From Mytilus californianus (Eukaryota): a stretch of DNA of 64,000 nt. The DNA lies in the NCBI RefSeq assembly GCF_021869535.1, contig NW_026262637.1:28396001-28460000 (forward strand), in the 5' to 3' direction. A program made the position numbers and the translations under genes. The notes beneath the pieces were generated by a model. That model was not told where the DNA came from, made no database searches, and saw nothing but the letters and a program-made list of their open reading frames with translations. Each line of letters starts with the position of its first letter. Position 1 is the first letter of the stretch. Of the stretch, positions 22,421 through 33,844 are shown one piece after another.

Positions 22421-25400
22421 CTTTGAATGAATGGAGAATTTTTGAAATTTTACAGCGATTTAATGAACGGAATATAAATGAGACAAAGTAAAATATAAGA
22501 GTAAATGTACTGTAATTGGCTGAAATATCATCGAGTACCATTTAAATGCAAGAACGATTTTTTTTTAAATTACCAGTTTTGTATAATTCTTTAGAGTGAC
22601 CTTTCGGTAAAATTGTCGTTTGTCCTAATAACAATAATGTAACAAATAACTATGTAACTCATCACACAATGTATTATGACAAAGTATTGTTTTTAATCAT
22701 AAGAATTCTGAAATTCGGTATGCACAGTAGAATGACCAGTCTCGTAACGTTTGGAGATCAAGAATTTCCTCGCGTTTTGTTTGAGGTTTTTCGTCTTCAG
22801 TTGTAAAATGACTAAAGTATACGGAATGATCTTCTTTCGGTATAATCCGGATCATAACGATCAATGTGCCAAATATATTTAAAAAAAACCTTCACAGAAC
22901 TGCCAAAAAGTCTAAGGTCAACTTTGCCGGAGATATATACGACTTTATAAGTATCATAATGCATGAATTTTGAGGAAGAGTCGAAAGTAAGTGATTATTT
23001 TGCCCGTAAAGTATAGCTTACACTTTCACTGATTAGTGTTTTAACAAGTTTAACAAAGCAATCGCATCTATCTGTTTAACTTATAGTTATTTGTGTCATA
23101 GTTATTAAATTTTGTTTAATACTCATTTGTAAGAAGTTTGATATTCATTGTCTAGGTCGCTAACATTTTCGACATGTTTGTATAAATGATACGAAAAGAA
23201 ATAATAGATAAAATATTGCAAATGATTCCTCTTTGCTGCTGGTTTTTCTCGATTCTTGTGTTATCTTATCTTTGAACTTGAATATTTCAAAATATTATGA
23301 AAATAATTATAATCTTATTGCCTATTTATTCGTTTAATCAACATTATGGATTACTTTATGATTCTGAATAAGAAAAACTAAATGTGCGTGTCTGTGTCAG
23401 CCTACATTTACATTAGGACGTTTCGGTATTTAGGTCCGTTATACTGGGATTTTCTCACTCAGAATATTCAATCGTGCATACTAAAACATCGGTACTTATA
23501 TTTTCATATTATCGATAGTTATCGATAGTTATCCTAACATTTTCATAATATCGATCCTTTTCATAATGTTTACGTAAACTTACACTGTTAGATAAATGTT
23601 GATCTATTCCAAGCTCTTTGATAAGTTGTTCTTTACCATAGCAACCTCTTTTGTCTATTTTGTTACCAAGAACAAGAACCGGTACATCAGACACATCTTC
23701 ATCTGTTAGGATACTCTGAATAAAAAGTGAACTTGAGTTTTCACATTAGTCTTCAATTATTTTAAATTTAGGAATGTGTCTTCCCCATGCATAGTTCTGT
23801 TTTTTTCCATGTTTGGCTGTTTGATTTTTTGATTTTATCATCTCTTCAACGGATTTGTTTGGCCTTCAGCATCGCTGAAAGGACATTTATTGTCAATAGG
23901 CGAGTCTGGTGCAGTAAAATATGTACTTTTAATGTTATTATAACAATTCGTCTATACCTCTGTGGTTGTACTATAAATCCAGCTCAAGATGGCAGTACTT
24001 CGATAAGAATATATGGATATTGTTTTATTGGAATTTGCTGTTATAAAATTTTTCTATTGCGTCATTTTAAATTCAGGAATGTTAACTCGTCATACATGGC
24101 TCTGATTTCTGGTCCTGGTTCGGCTTTACTTTTGGTACTTTTTTACCGAGCATCAATGAAGATCTCGAGACATAACTTGTCGAAATACGCATCTGGAGCA
24201 GTAAAATTGGTATCATTTGTGTTATAACTACCACTAGATCATTGCTTATTAGGTTTCGAAATTCAATTTATGATTGCCTCGAGCATCACCGAATAAACAG
24301 GTTTTGTCAAAACGCGCATCTGGTACCGTTAATGTTATTACCTTCAAAGTTGATTAAGACTAGTATTTCTCATAAAATGTTTATTTGGTTTGAATCGTCT
24401 GTGTGCTTATAATTGAATATTCTTAGTAATAAATACATATATTATCGAACTTCATACACTGTTTTTGTCATTGTAAGTGTCTGTGTTCCTCAAAGCCGTC
24501 TTAGTCGAAAATGGTCTTTAAAACAAAGAATACGGTATTTATCTTGTTGAGAAGAATTTAGTTTTTCCGAATAAAAATGAAAAAATAGCATTTTACTATT
24601 TGTCCTTTTCTTCTGGGAATAAATTCCATCAAGGCCTTGAAAAAAGATGCAAATTTGTCTAAGACATATTTTAGACAAAGTACATAGATATTGAAGGCTA
24701 CGTGGATCACTTTAACCGCATGACACAAATAACCAAAAAGTCAATTCCGAAGTTATGATAGTTTGTTTTCTGCGTTTATCGTTTGATGACAGTCGAGATT
24801 TCAGATTTAAAATGAATACTAGTAGTCTTTATTCTGACTTTGTAAGCACAGTGTTTAAACTTAAATATTATGAATATTTTATCACCCCAGCGACTTGATC
24901 TTCCATGTGCTTGAAGTAATATTACATTGCTTACTTTCATTTTTTTGCCAAGCCGCTGGTAGTCTGGAAGTTATTTTTCATGTATATGAACTAGTATTTT
25001 ATTACTTACAGTTAATTCTTGTCTCGCCTCTGGTAGTGACTGAGAGTCCGAAGCATCAACAATAAACACTATACCTTTAACTGCTGGGATATATCTTCTC
25101 CAAAAACTTAGTGCTGTAATAATTCTTGGATCATAACAATTGACTGTTCATTAATATGTAGAATGTGCAGGTTTAACTTTGTTCGAAACATGTAAGCTTC
25201 AAATTTAAGATTCAATGACTTGAAAATCACTTGCGATTCATTGAGTGACTAAAATGTATATGTCATAGCCGTAACAATGAACTGTGGTTTTGTCATACTG
25301 TTTTCAACTGCTTTTCTCTCATAGCGGAATTTTGCGTCCGTAATTCGGTGTATCGAGCTCGATTCCGTTGATATTATAAAAAAATAGCGTAAAAACTGTA

Positions 25401-28400
25401 CACGTTGCCGGTATTCTGTTAGGAAAATAATTTGTTTTAACAGGTTTATTACATCTATTCAATAATTAAATTGAAATAAAAAAAAGCAAGAATTTTTCAA
25501 TTTAATGCATTAAAGAAAAGGCTGATATTTACTTAAGAGTTACAAAATTACAAAATGCAATGATAACAAAACGTTTATGCTTTAACAATTTTTCGTTTCG
25601 GTTGGCTGTAAAGAAATATTCACAGATGACCACGAATATTTCCGCTTGTTTTCCTCGATTTTGACATCTCTGAGTGTGCACTTACCATGAACAACACGAT
25701 GGCGTGCAATTAGTGTTTTAACATAATCTATTTACTATTCCGAAGCACCTGATATCAACCTCAGTTTTTGCGGGTCATTAAATTTTGTTGCTCAGTCTTT
25801 AGTTTTTTATGTAGTGTTTTCTATATAAACTTGTTCGTCTTTTCGTCGTTATACGTTTTTTGCCATGGTGTTGTCATTGTTTTGATTATCGCCTTGGTAT
25901 CTTTCGCCTGTTAACCGCCTCGGTGGTCTCGTGGTATCGGTGTCGCTTCGAGTGCGTAAGGTTGCGGGTTCAAAATCAGCCGGGTCAAACCAAAAATTTG
26001 AAAATTGGTATTTGCTGCTTCTCCACTAAGCAAGCGGCATTTAGGAGTAAGTGCAAAAACTGGTTGGCTCGGAGTAAGAATAATTTTTCCGAGGTTGAAA
26101 TGTCTTCCTGCGGACTGTTTGCGTGTGTGCTTTGTATTTAGTGTCTATATGCCATTTTGTTTTTCTTTTTTGATATAGTTGTTTGTTTTTACAGTGATTA
26201 ACATTATAACACAATGTTGACTGCTGTATCCCAATTTTTGACAGTTTTACCCATTATATCTGTTTGTTTTGCTCACACATTGTTGTCAATATTATGGCAT
26301 TCTATGCGATTGTCATACAACTGAGAGGTTTAGCTAGCTATAAAACCAGGTTTAATCCACCATTTTCTACATAGTAAAATGCCTGTACCAAGTCAGGAAT
26401 ATGACAGTTGTTTTCCATTCGTTTGATGTGTTTGAGCTCTTGATTTGCCATTTGATAAGGAACTTTCCTATTTACTTTTCACCTTGTGAACTAGTACATT
26501 AACAAATTGACTCAGCGTGTCGGTCTATTGAACTATTCATTCGATTTTTTAAGGACGCCATCACGAGTTGTTTGACTGACCGTTATGGAATATCTGTTTC
26601 ACAGATGACGACGGATATGTTCCAATCGTCGTAACCACAACCTCGTCCTCCTTTTCCCCGAATGTGACCTACCGAATTAAATTTATAACCGGGTTTGTAC
26701 TTGCATGAGCAACACGACGGGTACCAAATGTGGAGCAGGATCAGCTAAACTTTCCGGAGCACTTGAGATCATCTCCGGATTTAGTGGGGTTCCTGTTGCT
26801 CAGTCTTAGATACTGCTGTTTCTTTTTTTTTTCTTTTTTGCCATGGCGTTGTCATTTTTTTTCGACTTATGAGTTTGAATGTCCCTTTGGTATCTTTCGC
26901 CTCTCTTCTAGTACAAAGCAGGGTTTATATTTATATCAATTATCATGTTCTCGTCCGGAATATGCTTTATTTTCCACTGGACGTAAAGCAGCCATCCCTC
27001 CATCATCTTCCGCCTCTTTTTGCATATTGTCGTAGCTACAATCAGGTCTTCTTTTCTTAATCGAACCCGACTTATCACCGAATTTTCAATGATCATTAGC
27101 AATACGACGGTTGGCACCAGTTGATCAAGATTTGCTTATCCTACCGGTCATCTTAGATCCTCCATAGTATTTGTTTGGGTTCTAGTTGGTCAGTCTTGAA
27201 TTTTCTGTTTTGTGCTTTGTATACCATTATTTTCCAATGGAATTGACTGTTTTCCTTCAACTCACGATTTTTGATTGTCATTTGTACCTTCTTTTTCACA
27301 GATTTTAACTGCGCTATGATAATTACCTAATATGTGACCTCCTAGATCATACACTTCAAATGTCACTTTACCAACTGTAAACTCTTCTGACCCTACAAAA
27401 TTAATTAAACAAGTGAAACTGCGAGCTACTGCTCACTGATGATACCCCCGCCGCAACTGGATAATTTTAATGAGATTCACTTGTTGTCGAGTATCGAGTT
27501 GCGAGTTACAAAAGTCGAGTTGCGAGTTACAAAAGTCGAGTTGCGAGTTACGAAAGTCGAGTTGCCAGTTACGAAAGTCGAGTTGCCAGTTACGAAGGTC
27601 GAGTTGCGAGTTACGAAAGTCGAGTTGCGAGTTACGAAATTAGATTTGCGTGAAAATGGGGAAAACTATTTTAATTTTTTAGTGTACCTCTTTAACATTT
27701 TTGAAAGATGATTGCTTATAGAATTGTATACAGTATTGTTGATTCTTTTTGTTGTTAGGACTTCATCGTGTAAAAAAAATCGAATGAATTGCTTACATAA
27801 TCACTACGCAAAGTATGGTTATTTTCTGAAGAAACAGATAGCCTTTTGAAATACAGCGGATGGCTTGGAGTTTAATGAATTATTATTAAATTTCATCGCT
27901 AGCACCTTCATATTAAACGTAAAGTGAGATAGCAACTAAACGATATAGGTATAAAAAGATGTGGTATGAGTGCCAATGAGACAACTCTCCATATATGTAA
28001 AATACCTCTTCTGCAGATTTCGTTAAGAGTGGGCTCTTTGGGGCAGCTGCAGAGGCAATATTTGTTAGTGACGCTCAAAGTTGTGGACGTTTAAGTTAAA
28101 TATGTGAAGGGGGAAGGTTGAGCCCTCGTAAAACCTGTTTAACCCCGCTGCATTTTTGCGTCTGTCCTAAGTCAGGAACCTCTAGCCTTTGTTGGTCTTG
28201 TATATTTTTTTTATTTTGGTTCATCTATATGTTTTGGAGCATAGAATGGCGTCCATTTTCTTGATCTAGTGTACATAGTGTTTCGGGGCCTGCTCGGGGC
28301 TGCCTATGGGTGTGGGATTTCTCGCTGTGTTGAAGACCCATTGGTGGCCTTGGGTTGACTTATATATTTTGTTTGGGTTGTTGTCTCTTTGACACATTCC

Positions 28401-31400
28401 CCGTTTCCATTCTTTATTCTATACATGTAGCTGTCAAAGATACTTTTGTAAAAGAGACAAAAGACGCAGTTTTGGAATATGTAACTTCTTTCTAAAAAAC
28501 GGTTAATCATACAAAAATGTACAATACCAAGCTGATATCTGAAACTACAACATTTGCATCAAGGCTGCATGCAGGTAAAAAAGTAAACTTGTGACAGACA
28601 AGGCTTCCGTGCTCATACCGTAAAAACACACGCCATAACATTCCTTAAAACTGTTCCTTTATTTTTTGTAACAGTGGTGTAGCTAATTGTAGAATAACGT
28701 CTTTCCAAATTAAAAAACAAAATCCATATTATGATCTCCTATGCCAGGAAGTTACCATAATGCCATAGAAAGACATCTATAGCATGCTTATTTTTGCGTT
28801 GTAGTATTCAGATATATATACATACATTGCACAACTCGATTATTAACTCTCCACTTCGGGTTGAATCACAAAGTTAACAAAGTTCAAAATTATTCAATTT
28901 ATCACATAAAGCACATAGCATATCACATTTCAGACTAATTCATGAGATATTTTCCTAAGTTAAATGTGCAATTGTGCCTATATCACCCTAAACCTTTGCG
29001 GAAGACGAAGCTTTAGCACTTGGTATGCTAATGAATATCCTTTATTCAAGCGTCACTGATGAATCTTGTAAATACAAAACGCGCGTCTGGCGTATAAAAT
29101 ATTATAAGCCTGTACCTTTGATAAGTATTTACTTTAGGCCTAACACAGTGCAATATTATGTGAGATGTCGATAATTTGCAAGTATATTTCATTTGTCTAC
29201 ATAATTTATTTTCTTATGCTTGATTTGTTCAGCACGGTATACGTTTTTTCTTGTATCACAGTATATCCTGTTTTATTTTAGCAAATGAACAATGTCGCTC
29301 TCATGAAAGAAATTTAAGCGTGCGTGACTTTGCAACAGAAAGGCTCTTATAAATAAGTATCACATAACTCTTTCAAATCCTGCAATCAAAATATCGGGAC
29401 CCTTCCTCATGCAGTGTATAACTAAGGTCGGGTACATGTATGTTTTGTTTATTAAATGCGAAGTAAACCTGAAAATTCTGTTTCAAAAATCAGACGACAC
29501 GACCGTTTATACAATTATATATAATTCTTAAGAAATTAGAGAAACATAATATGTTTGTAACTCGCAAATCGACCTTCGTAACTCGCAACTCGACCTTCGT
29601 AACTCGCAACTCGACCTTCGTAACTCGCAACTCGGCCTTCGTAACTCGCAACTCGACTTTTGTAAATCGCAACTCTACTTTTGTAACTCGCAACTCGGCC
29701 TTGGTAACTCGCAACTCGACCTTCGTAACTCGCAACTCGACTTTTGTAACTCGCAACTCGGCCTTGGTAACTCGCAACTCGACCTTGGTAACTCGCAACT
29801 CGACCTTCGTAACTCGCAACTCGGCCTTCGTAACTCGCAACTCGAATTTCGTAACTCGCAACTCTACTTTTGTAACTCGCAACTCGGCCTTAGTAACTCG
29901 CAACTCGACCTTCGTAACTCGCAACTCGACTTTTGTAACTCGCAACTCGGCCTTGGTAACTCGCAACTCGACCTTCGTAACTCGCAACTCGACCTTCGTA
30001 ACTCGCAACTCGACTTTCGTAACTCCCAACTCGACTTTTGTAACTCGCAACTCAGCCTTTTCAACTCGTAACTTGCAACTCGACGATAAGAAACCATCAA
30101 TTTGAATAGTGTAAAAATATGCAAGTGTTCGGTAAACAGGGAGTTAATGAGTGATGAATCTGAAAACGCATCACACGGTATAGCTGACTTATATAAACCC
30201 TGAAACCAAATTTCAGAAATCCTAATGATGTAGTTCATGAGAAAGATAAGACGAAAAATATTCATGGGACGGATGGACGGACTGACGGATGGACGGATGG
30301 ACGGACGGACAGAGGTGAAACAGTATACCCCCACTTTTTTAAAGCGGGGTATAATTACAAATTATTTTGATCAGGACCTTGTGTTATTTGTTGTATGTCT
30401 GTTGTTGTCGAATAATTTGTGTATTGGTGTTGATGAGGTCTGATGTATTGTCGTATATTATTCGTGATTCCTGTTATCCTTTTAATGTAATATATACTAA
30501 GTTCATTATGTTATCATCATTGACCTTTTTTGTACTGTTGACCAGGTAATCTTGTGCATTTCAATATAAGTGGGTTGAGGTTGCTGGGTGTATTTGGAAT
30601 CTGTACAACTGTCAGCATGAATATAAAAACATTAAACTTCATAAAAATATTTAGAAATTCATTATGTCTGCGCTCCATCGAATTGTGCTTCTGCGCTCCA
30701 TACAAATTGTGTTTGTATGACGCAAACACTAATACCTCGCTGGTGTTTGCCCCCGATGTAAAGGGGTATAGTTTCTCAATATATATATATATAACACCAT
30801 AATTAAGAAATGAATGCTTCTTTTTGTAATTTTATTGGGATGTAAAAGTGTTGAACGAAGCACATTTTGTTTGAAGCGCGGAAGCGCCTCATTCTAAAAA
30901 TGCAGGCGCGTAGCTACGTTTACGTCAAAACGCCCGGGCGTGCACATGAATTTTGGAGGGGAAAATATTTTGATCCAGATAAATTAAAGGAACTGTTTAA
31001 AGCACACGAGCAATTGTAATGTTTTCTTTGATGACTGAAGATAAAAGTGACGAAATTTACTTTTTATTCAAATTTGTTCATTTTCTGTCAAACTTTGAAT
31101 CTACTGTGCATATTCTACTCAGATTACTATTGTTTAAAGCAATTTGGTATCTGTTGGGATAAAACATCTGTGGCTTGAATTTTTATGTTACACCTGACCA
31201 TCTATGAAAATTAATTATTTCATGCGTCCATTAACGAAATTTTCCCGTAAAAAGGTGTGAAAATTATATGAAGTTAAAATAATTAATAGAACTTGCTTTT
31301 TTTTCCTATTTTTATACAGTTTTGATTTTTTGTCGATTGATTTGGTTTACCCAACATCTCCTTTTAAACATATTCTAGAGTAACTGGTTTGGACATTTTT

Positions 31401-33443
31401 CTCAAAAAACAAAGGACCATTATATTCCATATCAAGACAATGAAATTAACATGAAAAAAACCCAAATCAAACTTTAAAAGAGCGGCGAAAGATATCAAAG
31501 GGATATTCAAACTCATCAGTAGAAAACAAACTGACAATGCCATTTCAAAAGACGAAAAACGACGAAAAGACAAACAACATTACATAAAAGACAACATAGA
31601 AAACTAAAGACTTGACTATACGAACACCACCTAAAACTGGGGGTGATTTCAGGGTTCCAGAAGGGTAAGCATATCCTGTTTCACATGCGGCACTCGTCGT
31701 GTTGCTCATGTAAGTAAAAACTTGGTGATAAGTCTAATTCGGTAGGTCATATTCGAGGAAAAGAGGACGCCATTGTGGCGTCATGGAACACGTCCGTCGT
31801 CATCAGTGAAACAGTCAACCAACTCGTGATAGCGATCATAAAATTTCGAAGGAATTCTTTCAACTTCACCACTTGGAAGTTTTGGTTTAATAGCTTCTTT
31901 GTAAGTAGCAATCTCATTCAAGGAAATCATGATGAGAAATGCAAGTTCTGAAATATCGTATCAACTGGGAGATATATACTCCATATGCAGGTTCTACTGG
32001 AATGTTGCTACATAGAAATGGAAATTTCACAACTGTGAAGCTGAAATCATCTCTTAAGTAGTAAAGTGTTTTGTTCTCAACCGACCAAGTATGTTGCTAT
32101 TGGTGAATTTTGAATGACAGAAATGGTATCTTTTTCACGATAACGCGTGAGCTTATGGGGGTTTCGCCCCCTACCCGGAGGTCCTCTGCCCAGGGTTCGC
32201 TGGGGGGCGGCCATCAGACCACTCGCCGAGGTTCGTGCGTACACTTAAAAATGGCCTTGCTACGCCACTGAAATGTGTGCACGATCAACACTTTCACAAT
32301 CCTATCAAATTACTTAAAGAAGCATTCATTTGTTATAATTACATTTGTATGCTCAGAACATGAAAAAAACGTTTTATCAAGTTTTTCTTTTCTTTATCTG
32401 TGCACTTTTTTGTGGAAACACGTGTCATCACGAATGTAACATTTCATTTTGATATGAAGATTAATTGTTGTTAGCCAATCAAACTAACGGATTCTCGTGA
32501 AGCATACATGTAATGTAATTATTCACTGATAAAGATTGGCAGAGAAAGCGGGAAAATACTTATATATGTACAACTTACAGGGATGATTTGTTGGTGTATG
32601 TTGAACTAGACGTCCATCTTTCAGCCGACTCAGGAGAGTGGATTTTCCTGCATCGTGTAGTCCTAGGATAAGCAAGTTGCATTTCGTGTTAATAAAACCT
32701 GCAAGGGTGTATAAACTTATATAATTGTGATATTGGAAATTCAAGGGTTAGACTATACATCATTGATTGGTATTACTACATTGTTTAAAGAATAGAAAGG
32801 ATACTCATCATGCTGTTTTAATGTACCTGCAGAGGTGGAAGGAAGGGTGTTTTTCCCAAAAACTGAATATATACATTTTTTGGACTATTTTATGTAAATC
32901 GTGAAAAACATGATATGTTTGGGGGGATCAATGGGGGCGTATCCCCTCCACCCCGCCCACCCCCCATCTTAAGCGTGTACAAGTACTTCTATGTTTAATT
33001 AACAGAACATTTTTTCAAATAAAATTCCGTACACTTATCATTTTTAAACAATTTGTAAGGCCTCCATTTACTTCCCTCTACATAAGCAGCAACTCTTGCA
33101 CAACGATCCGCTTAAAATGATTTAAATTAATATATCCTTGAAAGAGCTTTACATATGTGAAAACTCTTTGATTCCGATGGCGCTCATCAGTGTAATAAAA
33201 CTTTAGAAACATTTCCAACTAATGTCTTGTTAATCATTTTGGTTTTCGATAAAATCAGCTCATTTATTTTCAAAATTTCAATCGCTTGCAAAAGTGGCGG
33301 TGAACAATATGAACCTCATATCTTATTGATAAACCCAAAACAAAAGCAAATAGTTAATAGTCATAATATTGTTTATGGAAAAGTCACCACAAATACATAC
33401 CAAAATACTGCAGTATACTTCTAAACCAATCAAACAAAAACAT
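22256..33443 (-). CDS. SAR1: Sar1-like small GTPase, paralog B (6 coding exons, 209 aa)
   Basis: Exons (minus): 33401-33443, 32579-32698, 27327-27392, 25010-25113, 23584-23715, 22256-22420; total 630 nt, all GT-AG, frame open. Protein: [209 protein letters not shown]. Confidence 0.93.
23584..23715 (-). CDS. SAR1: Sar1-like B exon 5 (NKID)
   Basis: 132 nt, AG acceptor, gtaagt donor. Confidence 0.93.
23868..24326 (+). repeat. Three decayed hammerhead-like motifs in tandem (intron 4 of paralog B, antisense)
   Basis: agcatc..gaca(n5)tgtc..tctgg pattern at 23868-23912, 24149-24199 and 24282-24326, each with core mutations. Confidence 0.6.
25010..25113 (-). CDS. SAR1: Sar1-like B exon 4
   Basis: 104 nt, AG acceptor, gtaagt donor; GIVFIVD. 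Confidence 0.93.
25914..26130 (+). mobile_element. tRNA-derived SINE
   Basis: ccgcctcggtggtctcgtgg (A box) ... gcgggttcaaaatc (B box), followed by the ggtatttgctgcttctccactaagc central block. Confidence 0.65.
26480..26900 (+). mobile_element. Penelope-like element 3' fragment (RT C-terminus and UTR)
   Basis: Decayed (GR)HHEL..DRYGISVSQMT-type coding plus UTR; homologous to the reverse complement of ~31480-31840. Confidence 0.6.
27327..27392 (-). CDS. SAR1: Sar1-like B exon 3 (SEEFT...DLGGH)
   Basis: 66 nt, AG acceptor, gtaatt donor. Confidence 0.93.
27480..30090. mobile_element. Foldback element with inverted 21-bp satellite arms
   Basis: Termini cttgttgtcgagt / actcgacgataag (11/13 IR). 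Left array of ~7 units (27494-27639, gtcgagttgcgagttacgaaa); right array of ~25 units (29554-30085, gtaactcgcaactcgaccttc) in the opposite orientation. Confidence 0.65.
29554..30085. repeat. 21-bp tandem repeat (~25 copies)
   Basis: gtaactcgcaactcg(a/g)c(c/t)tt(c/t/g) units directly visible. Confidence 0.97.
30903..32270. mobile_element. CAG...CTG TIR element with a 5-bp target duplication, carrying a PLE fragment
   Basis: caggcgcgtagc / gctacgccactg ends; AAATG at 30898-30902 and 32271-32275. Confidence 0.6.
31480..32090 (-). mobile_element. Penelope-like RT C-terminal fragment
   Basis: Minus strand RDDFSFTVVKFPFLCSNIPVEPAYGVYISQLIRY, then UTR. Confidence 0.8.
32579..32698 (-). CDS. SAR1: Sar1-like B exon 2 (GLHDAGKS)
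   Basis: 120 nt, AG acceptor, gtaagt donor. Confidence 0.93.
33401..33443 (-). CDS. SAR1: Sar1-like B exon 1 ([15 protein letters not shown])
   Basis: ATG at 33443; 43 nt; donor gtatgt. Confidence 0.9.
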
Positions 33444-33559
33444 TATGAAGCTCCATGTCCAAATACGAAATAATTCACTGTTTACTTTGTATGTGTATTT
33501 TCCTGTCTATTTTTAAAATATGACAGGTAACGTTTAAATATAACATGAAAGGATTATCC

Positions 33560-33590
33560 CTGGTAATGGTCAATATTTATAATACACGAC
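33560..33590 (-). promoter_or_regulatory. Conserved upstream block of paralog B containing TATAAAT
   Basis: Minus strand gtcgtgtatTATAAATattgaccattaccag; homologous to 16903-16933. Confidence 0.5.
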
Positions 33591-33844
33591 AAAACATCTT
33601 TACCTGTTAGGTACAAACAGGCGAAGTACCTTGTTTTTTGTTTAAGTATTCAAAATTATTATTTGAAAGAATTGAAAAGGAGTAACTTATTTTGTCATTT
33701 TTGTCATATAATCCATTTTAAATATAGTCTGAATAGTCCGCATTTTAATATTAATAGATTGTTAGACCATGAAAACAGTCTATATATAAACATATTTGAC
33801 ATTTTCATACTTAATTTCCAAGTGAGTAATGATCTATGAAATGA

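Larger units (their letters stand above)
27407..30355 (+). mobile_element. HINE-like element split by a foldback insertion (intron 2 of paralog B)
   Basis: 5' aaacaag...gatacccccgc (27441-27451); 3' (ggac/ggat)n microsatellite and hairpin tataccccc...gcggggtata (30323-30353). Confidence 0.6.
30800..32340. mobile_element. Palindromic MITE interrupted by a second element
   Basis: aatgaatgcttctttttgtaat... (left) and ...attacttaaagaagcattcatt (right) inverted ends. Confidence 0.55.

Noticed and set aside
23787-24227. 146-aa plus-strand ORF in intron 4 of B
   Set aside because: Overlaps decayed hammerhead repeats; no recognisable domain.
22041-26130. tRNA genes at the SINE heads (22041-22253 and 25914-26130)
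   Set aside because: Only A/B-box-like remnants; no complete cloverleaf, and each is followed by a SINE body and tail.
27439-27711. 90-aa ORF with VELRVTK repeats
   Set aside because: Same satellite, in the inverted arm.
29490-30105. 186-aa (VELRVTK)n and 184-aa (FVTRNST)n ORFs
   Set aside because: A stop-free 21-bp tandem repeat is open on both strands. It lies in an intron as one arm of an inverted pair, with no coding context.
27394-30364. Apparent TSD (tacaaaatta / tacaaatta) around the split HINE
   Set aside because: Not identical, not flush with the element ends, and expected by chance in AT-rich DNA.
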